From: Candidatus Acidiferrales bacterium
GTDB taxonomy: Bacteria > Vulcanimicrobiota > Vulcanimicrobiia > Eremiobacterales > Eremiobacteraceae
Direction of reading: 5' to 3'
NCBI GenBank assembly: GCA_035622315.1
Contig: DASPVP010000084.1
Coordinates: 1-62,226 of the forward strand
DNA: 62,226 nt
Shown here: positions 48,254 through 56,848 of the stretch, one piece after another
Layout of the letters: the number at the start of each line of letters is the position of its first letter
Numbering within the stretch: the first letter of the stretch is position 1
Made by a program: the position numbers and the translations under genes
The notes under the pieces: generated by a model
Seen by the model: the letters and a program-made list of their open reading frames with translations, nothing else
Databases searched by the model: none
Told to the model about the DNA's origin: nothing

Positions 48254-49521
48254 GCTTCGAGACGCCTGGCCACCTCGCTTGCAACCTGGTCGATGCCGAT
48301 ACGCGACCGTTCGCGGGTCGCCAGATTCTGCAGCGTGGCCTGCGCGGCATTGCGCTCGTCCTCGCCCACGATCACCGCATAGCGCGCACCGCTTTCACCT
48401 GCCGCGCGAAGCTGCTTGTCGATGCTGCGGCGTGTATAGTCCATGTCGGCGGAGATGCCCAGCTGCCGCACCGCGTGCATCACCGGCACGAGGACGCGGG
48501 CCGAAGCCTCGTCGAGGGGCACGAACGCGATCTGCAAGCCCTTCCCGTCGCGTCGCGCATCAGCCGCGCCGGTGCTTTGGGCCAGCATCAGCATGCGGTC
48601 CATGCCCATGGCGAGGCCGACACCCGCCACGTTCGGACCGCCCATGGATTTTACAAGGCCATCGTAGCGGCCACCACCGCAAACGCTGTTCTGCGCGCCG
48701 AGCGCCGTCGAGCTGATCTCGAAGACCGTGCGCGTGTAGTAATCGAGCCCACGCACGATGTGCGGATTATGCAGAGCGCGGATGCCCATCGACTCCAAAA
48801 GGGTGCGCAGCGTCGCGAAGTGCTCCTGGCAGGCCGCACAGAGATAGGCGTCCATCGTCGGGGCGCCGGTCAACACGTCTTGGTCGCGCGGGTCCTTCGA
48901 ATCCAAGATGCGCAGCGGATTGCGCGCGAGCCGCTCTCGGCTCGTCTCGGAGAGCCGCTCGGCGTTGCGCTGCAGATAGTCGATGAGGACTTCGCGGAAG
49001 CGCGCCCTGCAGTCTTCGCAGCCGAGCGAGTTGATCTCAAGCCTATAGTCGGTGATGCCGATGGCCCGCATGACGTCGAGTCCCAGCGAGATGATCTCGG
49101 CATCCGCCTCGGGTCCGGGCGCGCCGAAACACTCCACTCCCCACTGGTGCGCTTGACGGAAGCGGCCTCGTTGTGGCCGCTCGTATCTGAAGATCGGACC
49201 GCGGTAGTAGAGCTTTAGCGGCAGGTTCTGCAGCAGGTTGTGTTCGAGCGCGGCGCGCACGACGGGAGCCGTCAGCTCCGGTCGCAGGGTGATGCTGCGA
49301 CCGCCTCGGTCGACGAAGGTGTACATCTCCTTGTCGACGATGTCCGTGCCTTCGCCGATCGGCTTCACGAAGACCTCAGTGCTCTCGAAGATAGGCGTGC
49401 GGATCTCGCGGTAGCCGAAACGTCCGCAGACCTCGTCGATGATCGCTTCGAGGGCTTGCCAGGCGGTCGACTCAGGGGGAAGTATGTCGACCGTGCCGCG
49501 CGGTGCGGCGATGTGCTTCAC
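48250..49521 (-). CDS. hisS: histidine--tRNA ligase
   Basis: APRGTVDILPPES, LRPELTAPVVRA, FRYERPQRGRFRQAHQ. Start chosen as GTG 49521 (VKHIAAPRG), which matches the usual N-terminal length; ATG 49620 and 49668 are also open. Confidence 0.9.
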   Translation of the reverse strand: MKHIAAPRGTVDILPPESTAWQALEAIIDEVCGRFGYREIRTPIFESTEVFVKPIGEGTDIVDKEMYTFVDRGGRSITLRPELTAPVVRAALEHNLLQNLPLKLYYRGPIFRYERPQRGRFRQAHQWGVECFGAPGPEADAEIISLGLDVMRAIGITDYRLEINSLGCEDCRARFREVLIDYLQRNAERLSETSRERLARNPLRILDSKDPRDQDVLTGAPTMDAYLCAACQEHFATLRTLLESMGIRALHNPHIVRGLDYYTRTVFEISSTALGAQNSVCGGGRYDGLVKSMGGPNVAGVGLAMGMDRMLMLAQSTGAADARRDGKGLQIAFVPLDEASARVLVPVMHAVRQLGISADMDYTRRSIDKQLRAAGESGARYAVIVGEDERNAAQATLQNLATRERSRIGIDQVASEVARRLEA

Positions 49522-49645
49522 GATGCTGTTCTTCGCCTCGACGGGCTTGGGCCCGGAAAAGTCAGAGTGGCGCGCGCGGCTACCGAACGGTTCGCCGCTC
49601 CGATTCGCTCTGTTCGCCATTTTCGCCGGGTTCGCCCTCGCGGCG

Positions 49646-50446
49646 ATGCTTCCACCGGCACTCGCCATGCCGCATTTCGTCGCCTTGGCGGCGTTCGCGC
49701 GTCGCGCGTGGGGTTATTGGTGTTCGATGTTGCTAGGAGCGACGCCATTCTTGACGATGGGGGCATTGCTCTCTGCCCTGCTCGCAGGTCGCGGATCGCG
49801 GGCGAACGGTTTGTGGCTCGCGGCATCCTCCGTGTGCCTGCCGGTGTGTGATTGCACGATCGCGTCGTACACGGGCGTCCTGTCTCGGATCTCGCCTGCG
49901 CTTGCCTCGTGCACGTTGACGCTCGGCGCCTGCTGCAACCCGCTTGCGCTGTTCGTCACCTGGATCGCCCTCGGTCCTCGTCTCACGTGGGCGCGAGCGG
50001 CATGCGGACTTGCGATCGCGCTTTGCACCGCCCTCGCGTGGCGGCTCATCCCAGGCTGTAGCGCGATGTCGCGATCGTCGCCTGAGCACGCCGGGCTCGC
50101 GGAGCGTTTCGCGTGCGCGATAGCTCAAGGCTATAGCGCCTTCGCGCTCGCAGCCGTCGCCGCGTCGCTCGCGATCGCGCTGCACGCCGCTCGCGTCATC
50201 GGACATTCCGCGTTTGCCGCCGCAGCGCTCGGAGCCCTGATGTCGCCGTGCTCGAGCGCGGATGCGTTGCTGGCACGAGCGCTCTTCACGCAGCCGAAAT
50301 GTGAGCTCGCATTCGTGATCGCCGCGCAGTGCTTGGACGTGCGCCAAGCGCTCGTACTCGTCCGTGCTGTCGGGGCGCGCCGGGCATTCGGCGCGCTTGC
50401 GACCTCGATGGTCGCATGCACGATCGCCTGCGCGTTCGTGCGGTGA
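49646..50446 (+). CDS. DUF318/ArsP_1-type permease (partner of a TIGR03943 protein)
   Basis: Polytopic; LLGATPFLTMGALLSALLAG; Cys motif CLPVCDC. Start uncertain (ATG 49646, 49667 or 49727). Confidence 0.68.
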   Translation: MLPPALAMPHFVALAAFARRAWGYWCSMLLGATPFLTMGALLSALLAGRGSRANGLWLAASSVCLPVCDCTIASYTGVLSRISPALASCTLTLGACCNPLALFVTWIALGPRLTWARAACGLAIALCTALAWRLIPGCSAMSRSSPEHAGLAERFACAIAQGYSAFALAAVAASLAIALHAARVIGHSAFAAAALGALMSPCSSADALLARALFTQPKCELAFVIAAQCLDVRQALVLVRAVGARRAFGALATSMVACTIACAFVR

Positions 50447-51048
50447 CGTCGATCGACGCGAAGCACCGTGCACACGCGAGCATCGGCCTGCTAGCAGGCT
50501 CGCTTGGGTGTATCGCGTTCCGCCACGCCGTTGCGCCGATCGTCGGGTTTCCTCTCTGGGTGATCGGGATATGCGCCGCAGTCCAAGCGCTGGGTTTGTG
50601 CGTGCAGCATCGCAGTCGCCACACATGGCGCGCGCTCGTCGCGGGGATCGTGCTCGGTCTTTGCGTTCCGAGTGTCGTCGCGCCGGCCTTTGAAGGCGTT
50701 GTGACCCATGCGATCGGCCAGGCCCGCGGCGTCGATCTCTTCGATGCGTTGCAACGGCTCGACGACGATCCGCAAAGCCTGGAAGGCACGGTCATCTCGG
50801 TGAGCGGGCGCTGGCGGGAGGACGCGACGGGCGCGCCTTCTTCCGTCTACCGGACCGTCATGTCGTGCTGCGCCGCTGATGCGATCGACGCTGGATTCGA
50901 CGTCGTGCCGGCCAAGCACGTCGCGCTCCCTGACGGCTTGCCCGTCCGGGTCACTGGCATCGTGCGCGCGTACGTGTCCGCGGGAGAGATCCGTTATCGT
51001 TTGGTCGATGCATCGGTCACGCAGCTGCATGGCGGCGCGTGCTGTTAG
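50443..51048 (+). CDS. TIGR03943/DUF1980-family membrane protein
   Basis: GTG 50443 (GTGA overlap with the permease stop). Two N-terminal TM segments, then the signature YRTVMSCCAADA. Confidence 0.68.
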   Translation: MTSIDAKHRAHASIGLLAGSLGCIAFRHAVAPIVGFPLWVIGICAAVQALGLCVQHRSRHTWRALVAGIVLGLCVPSVVAPAFEGVVTHAIGQARGVDLFDALQRLDDDPQSLEGTVISVSGRWREDATGAPSSVYRTVMSCCAADAIDAGFDVVPAKHVALPDGLPVRVTGIVRAYVSAGEIRYRLVDASVTQLHGGACC

Positions 51049-52613
51049 TGGAGGAAGTATCGTCTCGATGCGAAGACGAGCACGATGCCCGCGCGCCGCG
51101 CAGCGTCGACGACTTCTGCATCTCTGATCGAGCCGGACGGAGCGACGACCGCGGCGATCCCTGCAGCGATCGCCGCTTCTATGCCATCGGCGAACGGGAA
51201 GTAGCCGTCGGTCGCGAGCACGGCTCCGCGCGCGCCATCGCCCGACCTGCGACATGCCAGTTCGACCGCAGCGACGCGATTCGTCTGACCGCCGCATATC
51301 CCGAGCGTCACCTGCGCGTGCGCGACCACTGCGGCATTCGATTTGATCTGACGAACCGCGGCAAATGCGAAGAGCAGGTCGCGCCAGCAGCTTGGATCCG
51401 GCTTGCGTTCCGTCATCACGTGCCACTCGTCGGGTAAGGCGGAGGGATCGGGCCGTTCGGCGAGCACCCCTCCCAGGGCCGAGCGGACCGTCATGTCCGC
51501 ACGCAGACGCGCCGGGGCGTCGGGCTCAAACGAGAGCAGGCGCAGGTTTTTCTTGGTCGCCAGCAGTTCGAGCGCATCGCTGTCGAACGACGGCGCCGCC
51601 ACGACCTCCAAGAACCTCGGTTTGAGGACACGCGCGCACGCAAGATCGACCGGGGCGTTCGTCGCGACGATGCCGCCGTACGCCGAGATCGGATCTGCGC
51701 CGAGCGCGGCGCTAAGGGCAGCGCTTGAGTCGTCCGCTGCCGCCAGACCGCAGGGAACCGTATGCTTCACGATAGCCGCAAGGATGCGGCCGGCGGGTTT
51801 GGCGTCGGGCGGAAACCCTCGGGGCTCCTCTATCGGGGCTATCAGGCGCAGGCACGAATCGACGTCGAGCAGGTTGTTGTACGAAAGGGTCTTGCCGCCG
51901 AGCTGCTGAGGCAGTCCAGCTACGTCGCCGTGGTAGAACGCCGCCTTGGCCCACGGGTTCTCGCCGTAGCGCAAGCGGCTTTGCACGGGTAGCTGCAGTT
52001 CGAGCACGTCGGGCAGTTCCGCGCGCTCGCGATCGTGCGCGAAGTAGGTGGCGATCGCGGCGTCGTAGCGCGCGACCACGCCGAACGCACGTGTCGCCCA
52101 GGCCCGCCGTTCTTCCTTCGTCGGACCGCCGCGCGCGAGCGCTGCGATAAACGCAGGGTATTGCTGCGGCTCGGAGAGCACGCTGACCCGCGCGAAGTTC
52201 TTCGCGGCGGCGCGCAACAACGCAACGCCCCCGATGTCGACCTGCTCGAGCACCTCTTCTTCCGTAAGCCGTGCATCGGTCGCCGCGTCTTCGAAACGAT
52301 AGAGATTGACCGCAACGACGTCGACGAGCGCGATCTCGTGTCGCGCGAGCTCGGCTGCGTCCGACTGTCCGGCGCGCGCGAGGATCCCCCCGAAGACCTT
52401 CGGATGCAAGGTCTTGACGCGGCCCCCGAGCAGCTCGGGAAAACCGGTGAGGGCCTCGACCTCCTCGCAGGAAACGCCGGCGCTGCGCAGCGCCCTCGCG
52501 GTGCCGCTCGTGGCCACGATCCGGTAGCCGGCGGTCTCGAGCGCGCGGGCGAGGTCAGCGAGGCCGGTGGTATCGGTGAGAGAGAGAAGCGCTACAGGGC
52601 TATCCGGCGGCAC
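51045..52613 (-). CDS. purH: bifunctional AICAR transformylase / IMP cyclohydrolase
   Basis: ALLSLTDTTGL, GGRVKTLHPKVFGGIL, 522 aa. Confidence 0.95.
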   Translation of the reverse strand: MPPDSPVALLSLTDTTGLADLARALETAGYRIVATSGTARALRSAGVSCEEVEALTGFPELLGGRVKTLHPKVFGGILARAGQSDAAELARHEIALVDVVAVNLYRFEDAATDARLTEEEVLEQVDIGGVALLRAAAKNFARVSVLSEPQQYPAFIAALARGGPTKEERRAWATRAFGVVARYDAAIATYFAHDRERAELPDVLELQLPVQSRLRYGENPWAKAAFYHGDVAGLPQQLGGKTLSYNNLLDVDSCLRLIAPIEEPRGFPPDAKPAGRILAAIVKHTVPCGLAAADDSSAALSAALGADPISAYGGIVATNAPVDLACARVLKPRFLEVVAAPSFDSDALELLATKKNLRLLSFEPDAPARLRADMTVRSALGGVLAERPDPSALPDEWHVMTERKPDPSCWRDLLFAFAAVRQIKSNAAVVAHAQVTLGICGGQTNRVAAVELACRRSGDGARGAVLATDGYFPFADGIEAAIAAGIAAVVAPSGSIRDAEVVDAARRAGIVLVFASRRYFLH

Positions 52614-55600
52614 CCGCGCGCTCCAATGAGAGCGAGAGGATGTTGGAGACGCCGGGTTCGCTCATGGTCACCCCGTACATCCGGTCGACGAGCGTCATCG
52701 TCGCCTTGTTATGAGTGATGATGATGATCTGCGACTTGCCTGAGCCTGTGAGCTCGCCGAGCTGCACGCCGAAACGCCCGATGTTCGCCTCGTCGAGCGC
52801 CGCGTCGATCTCGTCGAAGATATAGAACGGGCTTGGCCGCACCTGTAAGGTCGCGAAGATGAGCGCCACCGCGGTGAGCGCGCGCTCGCCACCTGAGAGC
52901 AGATTGAGATGCTGCATCTTCTTGCCCGGCGGCTGGGCCGAGATCTCGATGCCCGCTTCTGTCGGGTCGGGCGCATCGCATACCCAGATCTTCGCCTGAC
53001 CGCCGTTGAAAAGCCGCGTGAAGGTCTCGGAAAAAGCCACCGCCACCCGCGCGAAAACCTCGTTGAACTGTCGCAGTGATTCGGCGTCCATCTCCGCGAT
53101 GCTCGCGACGATGCTGGCGCGCGCTGTTTCAAGATCGCGCAGTTGACCGCGCAGAAACTCGCAGCGTTCGAGTGTGGCCGCACGGTCTTCGAGCGCCCCG
53201 AGGTTCACGTTGCCGAGGCGGGCCATCTCTTCCCGGAGCCTGCGTACCTGGGCGTCGGGATCGCCGTCGAAGTCCTCGTATCGTCCGGCGACATCATCGC
53301 ACTCTTGGGCCGTCGCCGGGTTCTGCGAGAAAGTCTGCTGCAAGAGCGCGAGCTCCGCGTCGATCTCGGCGAGCCGGATGCGCTGTCGCTCGAGCTCCAT
53401 CGACCGCTCGCGGCCGCTCTGCTCCTCGCCCGCGTACTCCTCGTCCAGCGCTCGCGCCTTTTGTTGAGCCGCGTCGCGACGCGCGCGCAGTTCGGTGAGC
53501 CGCGCCGCTGCTTCGGCGAGCGCACGTTCCCCACCCGACCGCTCTTGACCGAGCCGTTTGGCCTCGTTCCGGCTTTGGTCGAGCTCCACGCGCGTGCGCG
53601 AGAGAGCGCTCGTGCGTTCCTTGCGCTGCGCCTCGGCACGCTCGATCTGCCGGCGCGCGGCCTCCACGTCGTCGCCGAGCTGGGCGACCCGTTCGACCAG
53701 AGCGGCCGCGTTCGCGGCGGCTTCACGATGCTTCGCTCGTACGGTTGCGAGTTGGGCAGCCAGGTCGTCCGACGTCGCGAGCGCATCGTGGCGTTCGGCC
53801 TCGATCGCGCGCACGCGTTCCGCAAGGTCGTCTGCGGCGTGTTGATGCCGCGCGCCCAAATCCCTGATCTCCGCTGCGCGCTTGACCGCACCTTCGCGCT
53901 CGACGCGGAGTTTCGCGAGCCGCTCCTCGTGCGTGGTCCGTTCGGCGGTCGCTTGTTGCGCGAGCGCCGAGGACTCGTGCACGCGCAGCGTGAGCTCGAC
54001 GATGCTGCGGGCGATGCTTTCGGAGTTTTGGGTGGCCTTGGCTGCCGCGGCGCCTGCGCGCTCGAGCTTCGCGTCGGCGGCACGCGCTTCGTCCGCGGCC
54101 AGCTCGACCTCCGCTTCCAGTTTGGCGCGGGCCGCGCGCGCGCCCAGCGCACCCGTCCCGACGCCGCTCGTGATCACACCCGCTCGGATGACGTCGCCGT
54201 CAGGCGTCGCGAAGGTCGCGTCGGCGTGCTCCTGCGCGCACGCGAAGGCGCTTTCCAGATCTGCGACGATGTACGCATCGCCGAGAATCGCATCGATGGC
54301 CGGCCGGACTGCCGCGTCGCAGGTGACGAGTTGGGATGCGCGGCCGATGACGGCGCTGTGGGTGCGAACCTCCACGATCCCGCGGGAGGCGGCACGTTTG
54401 CCGCCAAGCGCCTCGAGCACCAGGATCGTCGTGCGCGCGGCTTTACGCTCCTTGAGGAGCTCCATCGCCGCCTTCGCGTCTGCGAGGGTCCGCACGATGA
54501 CGTCGTGTGCGCGTTGGCCCAAGAGCGCGTCTATGGCGGTGGAGTGCTTGGCATCGACGTCGATCTGGCTCGCCACCGTGCCGACCACGCCGCGAAGCCG
54601 GCCGGACTTCACCGCGTCAGCGAGATGGCCCGCGCCTGCAGGCGCCCCGACGAGGTCGGTTTCGAACTGGGCCAGCGCCTCGAGTTTTGCCGAGAGCCGC
54701 GTGACCGCATCGTGGGCGACGCCGGTCGCGCGTTGCTCGCGTTCGAGCGCTTCCTGCGCCTTCGTCGCGTCGCTGGTCGCATCGGCGCGCTTCCCTTCCA
54801 ACTGCGCGAGCTGCGTCGTCATCCGTTTCGCGTCTGCTTCTGCGGCATGCGCTTTTGCGAGCGCCCCCGAGGAGGCGTCTTGGACGGTCTTGGCGTCTGC
54901 CTCCAGCCGTTCGAGAGCGTCCGCCAGCCGGCGGCTTTCGGCGAGCGCAGCGGCCGCGGCCGTGCTGCTTTCCGTGGCTTGTGCGACCACGCGCGCGCGA
55001 GCGTCCTCTACGGCACGCAGGGCCGCATACGCTCGCTCCCATGTCGCCGTTCGCGCTGCCTCATCAGCGGCGGCAGTTTCGGCGACTGCGAGCGCTTCGT
55101 CACGGAGCTCTCGGCTGCGGCGCAGATCTTCGATGGCGCGGGCGAGGCTCGTCTCCGCTTCCGCCACAGCTTGGGCGCAGGCGTCGGCCTCCCGTTCGAG
55201 CGCGTCGATCGAGCGCGCTAGTTCGGTCGCAGTCGCCTCGGCCGCGGCGTGACCCGAGGCGGAGGTCTGCAGCCCCGACGCCAACCTCGAATGGGTCTCG
55301 TTGGCGTCGTCGAGGGCGAGCGAAGCCTGATACTCTTGATCGCGCGCGGCAGCCAGCATGGCGGCAAGCTTGGCGTGCGCGGCCGCTACTTCAGCCGCAC
55401 GCTGCTCCTCGACGCCGAGCGACTCGACGATCGAGGCGCGCTCCTGCCTGCGATCCTGGCTCTTGCGCACGTACGAGAAGATCTCGAAATCGCGCAGCTG
55501 GGCCGCCACTTTGTGATAGCGCTTCGCGCGGCGCACTTGTTGCTCGATCTGCGGCAACTGCTTTTCGAGCTCGGTGAGAAGGTCGTTGACGCGCAGCGCG

Positions 55601-56160
55601 TTTTGCGCGGTCTGTTCGAGGCGACGCTGTGCCTCGCGCTTGCGCGCGCGATAGCGAGCCGTGCCGGCCACGCCTTCGAAGAGCTCCCGGCGCACTTCCG
55701 GCTTGGCCGAAAGGATCGTGTCGATCTCGCCTTGCGATACGATGGCGGCAAGCTCCGCGGCAAGACCCGTCCCCAGCAAGAGATCCGTGATATCGCGCAG
55801 CCGCACGGCGGTCTTATTGATGAAGAACTCGCTCTCGCCCGTGCGATATGCCCGCCGCGTGATCGCGATCTCGGTGAACGGCGTGGCGAGCGCCCCGTCG
55901 CTGTTGTCGAACGTGAGGGACACCTCCGCCATGCCCAGCGGCCGGCGGTTGGCGTTGCCTGCGAAGATGATATCGTCCATGCGGGCACCGCGCAGCGCGC
56001 GCGCGCTTTGCTCGCCGAGCACCCAGCGCACGGCGTCGACGAAGTTCGACTTGCCTGAGCCGTTGGGACCGACGATGGCGGAGATGCCGGGTGCGAAGTC
56101 CAGACGCGTGCGCTCGGCGAACGTCTTGAAGCCGAAGAGATCGATGCTCTTAAGGTAGAT
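52600..56160 (-). CDS. smc: chromosome segregation protein SMC
   Basis: (I/M)YLKSIDLFGFKTF..GPNGSGKSN N-terminus, long coiled coils, LSGGERALTAVALIF and FYIFDEIDAALD. Track start 56382 trimmed. The conserved N-terminus begins at an ATC codon (56160) preceded by GGGAGG; see findings. Confidence 0.9.
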   Translation of the reverse strand: MYLKSIDLFGFKTFAERTRLDFAPGISAIVGPNGSGKSNFVDAVRWVLGEQSARALRGARMDDIIFAGNANRRPLGMAEVSLTFDNSDGALATPFTEIAITRRAYRTGESEFFINKTAVRLRDITDLLLGTGLAAELAAIVSQGEIDTILSAKPEVRRELFEGVAGTARYRARKREAQRRLEQTAQNALRVNDLLTELEKQLPQIEQQVRRAKRYHKVAAQLRDFEIFSYVRKSQDRRQERASIVESLGVEEQRAAEVAAAHAKLAAMLAAARDQEYQASLALDDANETHSRLASGLQTSASGHAAAEATATELARSIDALEREADACAQAVAEAETSLARAIEDLRRSRELRDEALAVAETAAADEAARTATWERAYAALRAVEDARARVVAQATESSTAAAAALAESRRLADALERLEADAKTVQDASSGALAKAHAAEADAKRMTTQLAQLEGKRADATSDATKAQEALEREQRATGVAHDAVTRLSAKLEALAQFETDLVGAPAGAGHLADAVKSGRLRGVVGTVASQIDVDAKHSTAIDALLGQRAHDVIVRTLADAKAAMELLKERKAARTTILVLEALGGKRAASRGIVEVRTHSAVIGRASQLVTCDAAVRPAIDAILGDAYIVADLESAFACAQEHADATFATPDGDVIRAGVITSGVGTGALGARAARAKLEAEVELAADEARAADAKLERAGAAAAKATQNSESIARSIVELTLRVHESSALAQQATAERTTHEERLAKLRVEREGAVKRAAEIRDLGARHQHAADDLAERVRAIEAERHDALATSDDLAAQLATVRAKHREAAANAAALVERVAQLGDDVEAARRQIERAEAQRKERTSALSRTRVELDQSRNEAKRLGQERSGGERALAEAAARLTELRARRDAAQQKARALDEEYAGEEQSGRERSMELERQRIRLAEIDAELALLQQTFSQNPATAQECDDVAGRYEDFDGDPDAQVRRLREEMARLGNVNLGALEDRAATLERCEFLRGQLRDLETARASIVASIAEMDAESLRQFNEVFARVAVAFSETFTRLFNGGQAKIWVCDAPDPTEAGIEISAQPPGKKMQHLNLLSGGERALTAVALIFATLQVRPSPFYIFDEIDAALDEANIGRFGVQLGELTGSGKSQIIIITHNKATMTLVDRMYGVTMSEPGVSNILSLSLERAGAAG

Positions 56161-56845
56161 GGGCGAGTGCCTCCCGCGCCGCGTTCGACTGGGCCTGCTT
56201 CTTCGTGCTCCCGCTCCCGCTCCCCAGAGTCCGATCGCCGACCTGCACCGACACAGTGAAAACCCGCGCATGGGGAGGACCGCTCTGCGCGGTGACGGCG
56301 TAGTGCGGTGTCTTCTTAAACTTCGCCTGTACCAATTCTTGCAGCGTGGTCTTGGGGTCGGATGCTTCGCTTCCGGCGGCATGCGCGAGGTGATTGCGCC
56401 GCACGAATCGTCTGGCGCCTTCCATGCCGCTCATCTGAAACGCCGCACCCACGAGCGCTTCGAAGACGTCCGCGAGCACTGAGGCGCGCTTCGCACCACC
56501 CGAGGTTCGCTCGCCTCGTCCGAGCCGGATGAGGGGACCGATATCGAGGCGTTCGGCCGAGCGGGCAAGGGCGGCTTGCGACACGAGCGACGCACGCATG
56601 CGCGAGAGCTGCCCTTCGCGACGCTCGGGGTGCGCGTCGTACAGTTCGCCGGCCACCACCGCCCCGACGATCGCATCACCGAGGAACTCCAGCCGCTCGT
56701 TCGATCTCGCGAGCTCGGGGTGCTCGGCGGCGTAGGATTCGTGGGTCAGGGCCAAGTCGAGCAGTTCGAGGTCCGGACGCGCCTGCAGACCGGCCCGGCG
56801 AGCGAGGTCGCGCAGCGCCCGCTTGCGGGCCAGATCGTGCGACAC
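56150..56845 (-). CDS. rnc: ribonuclease III
   Basis: NERLEFLGDAIVG signature and a C-terminal dsRBD (GSGSTKKQAQSNAAREAL). Confidence 0.92.
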   Translation of the reverse strand: MSHDLARKRALRDLARRAGLQARPDLELLDLALTHESYAAEHPELARSNERLEFLGDAIVGAVVAGELYDAHPERREGQLSRMRASLVSQAALARSAERLDIGPLIRLGRGERTSGGAKRASVLADVFEALVGAAFQMSGMEGARRFVRRNHLAHAAGSEASDPKTTLQELVQAKFKKTPHYAVTAQSGPPHARVFTVSVQVGDRTLGSGSGSTKKQAQSNAAREALAHLP

Positions 56846-56848
56846 GCG

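Noticed and set aside
49522-49800. Possible T-box leader upstream of hisS. The minus strand has AGAGAG, GAACACC (a His codon CAC) and GGTAGCCGCGCG, which resembles the T-box GGTACCGCG.
   Set aside because: The motifs are imperfect (no UGGN bulge context and no terminator with a U-run). The AGAGAG and specifier-like parts also fall inside the clearly membrane-protein-coding 5' part of the divergent permease gene.
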